In this document: positions 56,949-64,000 of the stretch, one piece after another
How the letters are laid out: each line of letters opens with the position of its first letter
Position numbering within the stretch: position 1 is the first letter of the stretch
Source of the DNA: a virus
Taxonomy: Duplodnaviria > Heunggongvirae > Uroviricota > Caudoviricetes
DNA: 64,000 bases
Virus record (IMG/VR): IMGVR_UViG_3300046691_000084
Location: 1 to 64,000 of that record
Reading direction: 5' to 3' (one strand)
Program-made: the position numbers and the translations under genes
The notes under the pieces: generated by a model
What the model was told of the DNA's origin: nothing
What the model saw: the letters and a program-made list of their open reading frames with translations, nothing else
Databases searched by the model: none

Positions 56949-59900
56949 CTAGCCAACTCCGTACCACCCGTAATCAGTCTTGAAGCCTTCAGGGACTGAT
57001 TGTAAGATGTCTTTCTCAGTCAGAATATCCTCAACTCTGAGAATCTTCCCACCAACACGAGAGCGACCAACAACTGGAACAAGTCCAATGTCAATTGCTT
57101 CGTTCAAGAATTTGTCATACAGATCCTGTGGAAAACCACGTCCTTTCATCTCTTCAAGCGTCATCAGGATGATATTGTTTTTGAGCATATCAGCATAGAT
57201 CTCACGAAGAGCTTGCCGACCAGCTAGCATGTCTGCCGCATTGGCAAAGAAGGCGTCATGGATAGTCGAAGTGGGAATATTGTTGGCCTTACCCCATAGA
57301 TGGAAACGTTTCACGATCACTGCGTCATTGGAGTGGTTACCGTTTACTGCAAAAGCTGTACGAGCTTTCGTAGCATCAGCAATGTCGTTAATCTTTCCAT
57401 CTTCGTTCATCAGTTGATCCCACCAGCTTGCTTCAGTCTTTTGAGCAACTTGCAAGATGTTGGTAGACCAATGTCCAAATTTATCTTTGTACATCAGCTT
57501 CTCTTCGAACGATTGTGTGAAGTTCTGCTCGATCGTCTTACCGTCAAAGTTAACCCAAGGGACGTTTGTCCAGGACTTGGGCAGCTTGTTAGCAGTGCCA
57601 ATCTTAAGGTCAAAGAGCTTGATCTTTTTCTCGATCTTCGCGCCAGCGATTGTGATACTTGGCTTCAGCTCGATCTTGAAGACCGAACCGCCAGCACGAC
57701 GATTGTCTGGAGCTTTGACACCTAGAAGCATATCAGCAAGGTTATTGCCAGGGTTGAAGAATGAGAATCTCTTAATCAACTTTTCGGTAACTGGTTCACC
57801 GGCTTTAAGCCCCAACAAGCGACTGACGTAGTCGGGCAATACAAAGCCCTTCTTACGATCACCTCTCAGTTGAGTCTCGAGAACGGTCATCCAATCCCAA
57901 CCAGCTTTTGAAGGCTTCGCGTTGCTCAAGAATGCTTCTGCAAGGCGCCCAAAGTACTTGGTGAAGTCTTTCAGGATAGGCACTTGCTCAGCAAGATACT
58001 CACTCATAATCTTTGCAATGGTGCTGAAGTCATCAGGTGTCACGACCTTGTCATAGTTCAAGGACATCTTTTCGACCAACTCACGGGTCTTCGGATCAAG
58101 GAACCATAGCTGTTCCAAAATGTCATCACCAGGATCGATACCTTTGTTGAATACATCTTTGACATCCTGCCTGAGCTGCTTGAGCATTTCAGCGCCTTCA
58201 GGATCATATCTTTCAACTCGGGCGAAACGTGCACTGATTTCGTTCAGTACAGTGTCTCTATCGGAAGCCTTCACAACGAGCGTAGAGGTGTCTTTGCCAA
58301 GCACTTTGGCCAGCTTACCTTCAACGTTCATGATACCAGTGCGTTCACCAGCACCATAGAAGGTCACCATATTCTGAGCCTTTGCGGCCTTACGTAAGTC
58401 CTTTTCAGACAAACCAAGTTTAAGATTCAACTCACGGAAACGGGGATCATTGTATGTAGATGCAGCAATCTCATCGTACAGACGACGTTTCTGATTCGTT
58501 GGCACCACATTAGATAACTCTGCTAGCTGCTTGTTACGTGTAGTCAGGGCGATGATCTGAGCACCAGATGAGGACGCATCCTGCTCAAGAGCTACAGCAA
58601 TCTTATAGTCCTTGAGTGTCTCTAGAGCAGCTGTTGAATAGTCACCCACAAGGTGTTTATCAATCTTTGCAGTTTCAAGTGCGAATCGGAAGAACTTACC
58701 AAGCTCTTCACCATCAACTTCAGCGGCAAGAGGATGTTTCAGAACGAACCGCAGATCATTAGGCTTATTGCGAATCATCGCATTGCCAATAGCTACCATG
58801 TCCTGACGCCACTTCTCAGCGATCTTCTGACGGCCTGTGATGGTCAGGGAATTAAAACGACCTTCAAGCTTATCACTCAAACCACCAAGAAAGGCACCAA
58901 TCTGATCTTGGAAGTCAAGGAACTCAGCAGAGCTAAAGTTCTTAGCCTCGGCAGTATTCAGGAAGGGACGGAAAGTCTCACCCGATTGAGGACTAATAAG
59001 ACCACGATCGTAAATACGAGCACGATGGTCCACAAAAGCATGGTTACTGAAAGCAGCGTCTTTGCCACGCAACCACTCCATCGTTTTAAAGCGTTCATAA
59101 GCATCACCCCTGGAAATGATATATTTCCGATACTCATTCAAACCGTTATACAGCTTGGCTTGACCTTTATCATCTTCGAAGTTCAGCAGTCTGTTGGTGA
59201 AATCGTAGAAGTCAGGATCGACTTTGTACTGAGTCTTGGAAGCCCATGTCAGTGCATCTACAATGTCCTTGTCAACAAACTCAACAGGGAAGTCACCAAA
59301 GGAGTTCGTTGAGGTGATTGGAATGCGAGTATCCTCAAGACCAAGCGCTCCACGATCAATCCAGTAGGTCTTGTAACCTTCACGGAAGATCAATTTGTTC
59401 TTTGGTTCTGTAACAGCAACACGGAGGCCGATGTCCACCATCCTCTGAAGACGTGCATACTTCTGGATCCGAGGATCAACGATACGGATGTTATAAGCAA
59501 GGGTATCGTAGTATGGACCAAAGTACTGGCTGCTTAGACGAGACTTCATGCGACGCTTCTGAACACCAAATGTCTCTACTTCGTAAATCTTGTCAACATT
59601 GGGTGATTCCAGAATAGACATGCCAAGATCATACCAAGCACGCCTCGCACCGTTTCTGTTAGCGAGATTATAAAGATCCCTACCCAAAGCCACTGCCAGT
59701 TGGTCTCTGTCAGGAGTGTCAGCGAGACTGAGCCTATTGGCGAACTTAAGGTAAAACTGCCTGATTTGACTTTCGCTAAGACGACCATAAATGAGAGGAG
59801 CAGTGGCGGCAAGACGAGCATCAAGAGTCCCACGGAGCTCATCAGCAATCTTTGGCGCGACCGTGTCTTCCCAATTATTACGTTCAAGAATGTTCGGAAT

Positions 59901-61619
59901 GAAGTTGTCATGGAGATCCTGCAATTGAACTGAACCCAATACAGGGTCGATGTAGTTGTCTTGTAGTAGCTTCTTTAAGACATCAGAGTCCTTACGGATG
60001 TTCGTCTCAATAGCATCTGAGATGTTCATCACATCAAACTTGATTTGAGCTTGGTTGACTGCCTTATAGTTAGTCCAGAGCTCGCCATTCTGACGCTGAC
60101 GCCCAAAGGTAATACGGAGGTTATCCGTGATCACTGCTCGTTCGTTAGCACCGAGACGTTCATCCAGGTTGCCTACAAAGTTAGCAATAAACTCCTTATC
60201 CCTGGGTAGCAACAGATCACTCTGCTCTACTAATCGAAGTTGGTTATTCAACACAGTCACGTTAGGCTGATATAAACGGACATCATCATATCGGCCAGTT
60301 ACAGGGTTGAACTTCATGTGCTCTTCTTTCGGAGGGATAGTCAACACACGGTTCTTGGTAGCCTTCTTGTTGCCAATTAAGGCACCACGGTAGTTCGTCA
60401 AGCTCAACGTGCCGTTCAAGTCGGTAGCTTGCAGGATATAGTAGTCGGTCAATGTCTGAGCCAACTCCTTGTTCCGAATGAAGTCGTCAGGCGTAGTAGC
60501 CCAAAGCTGCATTGCATCAAGTTTCTCTTTTGCTACGGCGAACTTCCTGGTGTTATTGGGAATCGCGTATCCAGCATCTGTCAAAGAACGGAGTTCACGG
60601 ATGCCGAGTGAGTTGCCCTCAGGGTTGGTGAACTGGTCGAGTGTGAGCTGTCCGCTTCTAAAAAGTTCAACCTTTTGATAGTCACCCAAGTGCCGAAGCT
60701 GAATGTCACCTGGCTGTTTAGCGAGCCAGTCATTGTAAGACTCTCGCAACGGCGTCTGACCATCGTAGAAAGCGACCTGCTTAGGCGTTAGCTTAGCAAT
60801 GTTCTCACGACGCACGTTAGCAACACCCTCAAGAGCAGCCATATCTGACCAGGATTTGAAGACTGGAACAGTAGTAGAGCGGCACCCATAGTGAGCAGGA
60901 GGCAACATGTCAACTTGGGAGATTGCATAAATTTTACCATCCCGATAGACACAAATTGGAGTTGTACGGCTATCTAGAACAGAAACATATTGCCAACCTA
61001 CTATCGCTTTCTCGTTAGCCTTGTACACAGCATGGTCAGCTTGAGTAGCGACGGAAGTGATACCAGTCGTAACGAGCGTTTTCGATTGAGCCCTGGAGAT
61101 AGTGTGTACATTTCCTTTGCGGACTTCCAAGGCGATGTCGTCGACTGTCTTGTTAGCAGCGACCCCACGACGGATGACTTGCTCAATACGGATTCGTTCT
61201 CCAGTTGAGACACCAGCCCAACCGGCAGCCATATTCTTGTTGCCGAACAGTGGCTTGTTGAGGACGAACTCTTCTGCGACAGCTTTGGACGGCCGCTCAG
61301 GATTCCAGATCTTGCCAACGGCAGCTTCAACGTTTTGATACGCATAAGAGACCTGATCTCCAAATAGATCCAACAAAGACTTCTTGTGGATATTGTAAGT
61401 ATTGCTATAAGTCTTGAAGACCTCTTGATCAACTTCCTTTAAGAGTTGTTTCTGGCCATAAGGCGTTAGATTACTCTTCCTAAGAAGCTCATCAAGACGC
61501 ACAGCATGACCATCAAGCTCCAACTCCACTTTGCTTTGCACACGTCGCTCATACAGACGAAGCATTGCAGCCCGGTCTACGACTTTATCATAAATCTGAG
61601 TGTTAGCGTTGATAGTCAT
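56949..61619 (-). CDS. MuF-like head-morphogenesis domain fused to a single-subunit (T7/N4-type) RNA polymerase domain, 1556 aa; putative virion-packaged RNAP
   Basis: aa ~130-255: LDSRTTPICVYRDGKIY...PPAHYGCRSTTVP (Phage_Mu_F/SPP1 gp7 signature). aa ~860-1556: D-x-R-x-R-[IV]-Y motif (FVDHRARIYDRGLISPQSG), motif A ALEQDASSSGAQ, motif B RKAAKAQNMVTFYGAG (R-x3-K-x3-M-x-T-x-YG), motif C TIHDAFF. Sits between portal and scaffold. Confidence 0.8.
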   Translation of the reverse strand: MTINANTQIYDKVVDRAAMLRLYERRVQSKVELELDGHAVRLDELLRKSNLTPYGQKQLLKEVDQEVFKTYSNTYNIHKKSLLDLFGDQVSYAYQNVEAAVGKIWNPERPSKAVAEEFVLNKPLFGNKNMAAGWAGVSTGERIRIEQVIRRGVAANKTVDDIALEVRKGNVHTISRAQSKTLVTTGITSVATQADHAVYKANEKAIVGWQYVSVLDSRTTPICVYRDGKIYAISQVDMLPPAHYGCRSTTVPVFKSWSDMAALEGVANVRRENIAKLTPKQVAFYDGQTPLRESYNDWLAKQPGDIQLRHLGDYQKVELFRSGQLTLDQFTNPEGNSLGIRELRSLTDAGYAIPNNTRKFAVAKEKLDAMQLWATTPDDFIRNKELAQTLTDYYILQATDLNGTLSLTNYRGALIGNKKATKNRVLTIPPKEEHMKFNPVTGRYDDVRLYQPNVTVLNNQLRLVEQSDLLLPRDKEFIANFVGNLDERLGANERAVITDNLRITFGRQRQNGELWTNYKAVNQAQIKFDVMNISDAIETNIRKDSDVLKKLLQDNYIDPVLGSVQLQDLHDNFIPNILERNNWEDTVAPKIADELRGTLDARLAATAPLIYGRLSESQIRQFYLKFANRLSLADTPDRDQLAVALGRDLYNLANRNGARRAWYDLGMSILESPNVDKIYEVETFGVQKRRMKSRLSSQYFGPYYDTLAYNIRIVDPRIQKYARLQRMVDIGLRVAVTEPKNKLIFREGYKTYWIDRGALGLEDTRIPITSTNSFGDFPVEFVDKDIVDALTWASKTQYKVDPDFYDFTNRLLNFEDDKGQAKLYNGLNEYRKYIISRGDAYERFKTMEWLRGKDAAFSNHAFVDHRARIYDRGLISPQSGETFRPFLNTAEAKNFSSAEFLDFQDQIGAFLGGLSDKLEGRFNSLTITGRQKIAEKWRQDMVAIGNAMIRNKPNDLRFVLKHPLAAEVDGEELGKFFRFALETAKIDKHLVGDYSTAALETLKDYKIAVALEQDASSSGAQIIALTTRNKQLAELSNVVPTNQKRRLYDEIAASTYNDPRFRELNLKLGLSEKDLRKAAKAQNMVTFYGAGERTGIMNVEGKLAKVLGKDTSTLVVKASDRDTVLNEISARFARVERYDPEGAEMLKQLRQDVKDVFNKGIDPGDDILEQLWFLDPKTRELVEKMSLNYDKVVTPDDFSTIAKIMSEYLAEQVPILKDFTKYFGRLAEAFLSNAKPSKAGWDWMTVLETQLRGDRKKGFVLPDYVSRLLGLKAGEPVTEKLIKRFSFFNPGNNLADMLLGVKAPDNRRAGGSVFKIELKPSITIAGAKIEKKIKLFDLKIGTANKLPKSWTNVPWVNFDGKTIEQNFTQSFEEKLMYKDKFGHWSTNILQVAQKTEASWWDQLMNEDGKINDIADATKARTAFAVNGNHSNDAVIVKRFHLWGKANNIPTSTIHDAFFANAADMLAGRQALREIYADMLKNNIILMTLEEMKGRGFPQDLYDKFLNEAIDIGLVPVVGRSRVGGKILRVEDILTEKDILQSVPEGFKTDYGWYGVG

Positions 61620-61634
61620 GCTATACCTTCTTGT

Positions 61635-62093
61635 TTAACGTTTATTCTTTCGGACAGAGCGCTTACCGAAAGCTTGACCGCCTTTAGCGCCGATGTAGCC
61701 AGCAGCAGCACCGATGGCAAGACCAGGAGCAGCGCCTCTTGCAGCACCTTTCAGAGCACTTGGGAGATCGCCGTGGATGCCACCCTGGACAAGATAGCCA
61801 ACAGCCGCGCCATAAGCTGCAGTACTCAGGGCACTGCCAATGACAGAGCCTGTGGTATGACGCTTCTGAGCAGTCTTCGATTTGAGTGCGCCTGCATGAG
61901 CACCGGTAGCAGCTGCACCAGCCATGCCAAATAGAGCACCACCAGCAGCACCAGAACGGAAGCCACGTTGATCAGACAGATGCTTACCCATAGGCTTGAG
62001 GCCACCGCCATGAGCCGCGTTATGGTTACCCTTCATAGCTGCTGACCGTTCAGGATCCTTAGCAGCGACACCACCTTTCTTTTTAACTGCCAT
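61635..62093 (-). CDS. Gly/Ala-rich basic protein, 152 aa (glycine-zipper-like)
   Basis: Between portal and MuF-RNAP; low complexity. Confidence 0.45.
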   Translation of the reverse strand: MAVKKKGGVAAKDPERSAAMKGNHNAAHGGGLKPMGKHLSDQRGFRSGAAGGALFGMAGAAATGAHAGALKSKTAQKRHTTGSVIGSALSTAAYGAAVGYLVQGGIHGDLPSALKGAARGAAPGLAIGAAAGYIGAKGGQAFGKRSVRKNKR

Positions 62094-62095
62094 AA

Positions 62096-63715
62096 CTACG
62101 CTCCAGGCTTCTTAGCCGGTTGTTGGTTCTGCATTTCCATTTGCTGCTGCAGCTGGCCATTCTGCATTACCGATGCAAAGTCAGCACCAAAGCCCTGATT
62201 CTGCATCAGAAGCTCTTGATCTTTAGTGATCTCTTCTTGGCCTTTCTTGTCATCGTAATCTGGTTCAAGCATGTCGTTATGTTTCAGGACATTCAGCCAG
62301 ATAGACCGAGGGATGAGCCCAGACTGGTACCATTCAGTAGCCAGACGGAGCCAATCAGCACCAAGAGGAGTAGGATTGAAATCCGTCGACAGGCTAAAGT
62401 TGACATCGTTCACCGTCAATTCAAGTTCATAACGCCAGTTGATCATGAAGCAGATAACTGCAGCCATGGTCGAGCTGACCTTACTGTTGAGCGTACCCAA
62501 CTGAGCCGTCTGAGAAGCATTACGAAGCTGCAATGCAACACCCGATTGATCAGTCTCAGGCGACAGCATCCGGATACCCAACTTCGCCATTTCTTCAATA
62601 GACGAAGCGATTGCCCTATCCATATCAGCAAGAGCTTCAGTAGGTGTCTTGAGGATGTCAGCTTTGTCTTCCTTACCGAGTCGGATCCAAGAGCCAAGAC
62701 CTTTGTTGACAACTTCATCGAAATCTGTATCACTCATGTCAGTGCAGATGATCGGCGTGTACGTAGCAGCACCATAGAGCAAATGGTTACGGCGGCTGAT
62801 TTTGTTGTACAAGCTGACTTCTTTATCAACAATTGGTGCAATGATTGGAGTGATCGGTGTGACCGAACCATTCAAAGGCCAAGCAGGGATGAACGTAGCA
62901 CGCTCACCATTGATCAGGATCGCCTCATTAGTATCAACGAGTTCAAAGATATTACCATGAGCAGATGCTTGTTCATTAGTTCGACCAGCAGTCACTTCGA
63001 CATTTGTAGCTGGTGCTTGAACCTTGTAAGTACGGATCTGGTAGAAACCGCCAACAATCTCATGAACCCAAACAGTTGGGATGAGTGTAGGGTGAAACTC
63101 ACCTTCAAGATATTCTTCAGAGAGGCCAGATGTAATGACCATCGTCAGAGTATCAAGACCGAGGGAATTCTTGGACATCCGCCAGTTGATAACAAAGTCG
63201 GAATCCCAGAGGACAGGAAATGGCTTATGTTTCTTCGCTATCTCAGGGTCTTCATCTTCTTTTACAATCGGATAGTCAACATAGACCCATGCACGGCTGG
63301 ACTGGATCTCTTCCCACAAGGCAGCATCTAGAAAGTTCATCAAGGACGAATCATCATGACCAAACTGGTTGATGATCCATTCATGAGCTTCTTTCGGGAC
63401 ACCATCAGGAAGAGTCAATTGGGGCTTCTTCCGAAGAAGGCCACCTACAAGCATACGCGAGTATTGTGCACAAATACCAGGCAATTCAGCTTCCGCTTTG
63501 AAGAAATTGAATTGCGATTGAGTCATACTCGGCGAGAAAGGGATCAATAGATTCGAGAATGCTAGTACGTCAACGTAGGAATCATGGTCTTTAACCGCAC
63601 GCTCCCCGTTACATACAACTCGGCATCGATCCCAGATCTCTTTGATGGATTCGTATGCAGCACACGGATCATTTACCTTCTTGACCTTCGACTGGGCAGC
63701 GTTAACGGTAGACAT
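62096..63715 (-). CDS. portal protein, 539 aa
   Basis: Size and position directly upstream of the MuF-domain gene; acidic Gln-rich C-terminus. Confidence 0.55.
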   Translation of the reverse strand: MSTVNAAQSKVKKVNDPCAAYESIKEIWDRCRVVCNGERAVKDHDSYVDVLAFSNLLIPFSPSMTQSQFNFFKAEAELPGICAQYSRMLVGGLLRKKPQLTLPDGVPKEAHEWIINQFGHDDSSLMNFLDAALWEEIQSSRAWVYVDYPIVKEDEDPEIAKKHKPFPVLWDSDFVINWRMSKNSLGLDTLTMVITSGLSEEYLEGEFHPTLIPTVWVHEIVGGFYQIRTYKVQAPATNVEVTAGRTNEQASAHGNIFELVDTNEAILINGERATFIPAWPLNGSVTPITPIIAPIVDKEVSLYNKISRRNHLLYGAATYTPIICTDMSDTDFDEVVNKGLGSWIRLGKEDKADILKTPTEALADMDRAIASSIEEMAKLGIRMLSPETDQSGVALQLRNASQTAQLGTLNSKVSSTMAAVICFMINWRYELELTVNDVNFSLSTDFNPTPLGADWLRLATEWYQSGLIPRSIWLNVLKHNDMLEPDYDDKKGQEEITKDQELLMQNQGFGADFASVMQNGQLQQQMEMQNQQPAKKPGA

Positions 63716-63718
63716 AGA

Positions 63719-64000
63719 TTAGCCTCGCAGAAGACGTTTCAACTCAGCACGGGACATCTCAGTCTCTTTGCTGGTTGGGATATGACGAACAAGCAACATA
63801 TCGCCTTCGCCAGCCATGATATGCAGATCGCACGGACGGATTTCAAAATCAGGGCCACTAGTTTCGCCATTTCCAGTGCGCGCTTCTTGAGGCGCCGGTT
63901 CAGGGGCAAGCTCTGGTGTCGGCACAACTGGCGTTTCGACCAGAGGCACCACAGGCGCGACGACAGGGGCAATCTGCGTGATCGGCGCGATGTCGCCCTG
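63719..64000 (-). CDS. 3' end of an upstream gene running off the window (possibly terminase large subunit C-terminus)
   Basis: Open frame continuing past the window end; identity is not determinable from about 80 codons. Confidence 0.25.
   Translation of the reverse strand, partial: QGDIAPITQIAPVVAPVVPLVETPVVPTPELAPEPAPQEARTGNGETSGPDFEIRPCDLHIMAGEGDMLLVRHIPTSKETEMSRAELKRLLRG

Noticed and set aside
1-64000. tRNA genes, CRISPR arrays, integrase/attP, transposases
   Set aside because: I found no cloverleaf-like segments, no spacer-repeat arrays, and no tyrosine/serine recombinase or DDE motifs by eye. Absence cannot be proven without tRNAscan or HMM runs

Overview
The window is a continuous stretch of a tailed-phage genome. 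I saw no host-like genes, tRNAs, CRISPR arrays, integrase or repressor. Every credible gene lies on the minus strand, with tight or overlapping junctions (ATGA/TGATG), so transcription runs from high to low coordinates. The long plus-strand ORFs in the track are antisense shadows of these genes. Reading high to low, the modules are as follows. (1) Head: a partial upstream gene, then portal, a Gly-rich basic protein, a 1556-aa MuF-domain protein whose C-terminal half carries all signature motifs of a T7/N4-type single-subunit RNA polymerase, scaffold, major capsid and head-tail adaptors. (2) A lambda-like siphovirus tail: major tail protein, G/GT chaperones with a canonical GGGAAAC -1 slip site, a 3211-aa tape-measure protein, two distal tail proteins, and a 1282-aa J-like central fibre with tail-fibre repeats. 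(3) Lysis: a holin-like protein, an M15 peptidase endolysin, and a run of eight small membrane or secreted proteins. (4) After a 303-nt non-coding region, a compact free-standing T7-like RNA polymerase of 758 aa. (5) A T7-like replication and nucleotide-metabolism block: acidic-tail proteins, SSB-like, DUF3310, a family-A DNA polymerase, a 2OG-Fe(II) oxygenase, MazG-like, 5'-3' exonuclease, GIY-YIG, primase-helicase and class I RNR NrdA+NrdB. (6) An accessory region with a tandem array of seven divergent paralogous ~130-150 aa Cys/His-motif proteins, ATP-dependent DNA ligase, a Pol-beta-type nucleotidyltransferase-fold protein, a DHH/DHHA1 phosphoesterase, an SPFH/band-7 protein and many small hypothetical proteins. 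Three conserved intergenic sequence motifs recur on the coding strand, plus several hairpin terminators with UUCG tetraloops. The most unusual items are the MuF-RNAP fusion in the head module (a presumably packaged and injected second RNAP), the seven-member paralog array, and the two motif families that may be phage-RNAP promoter classes.
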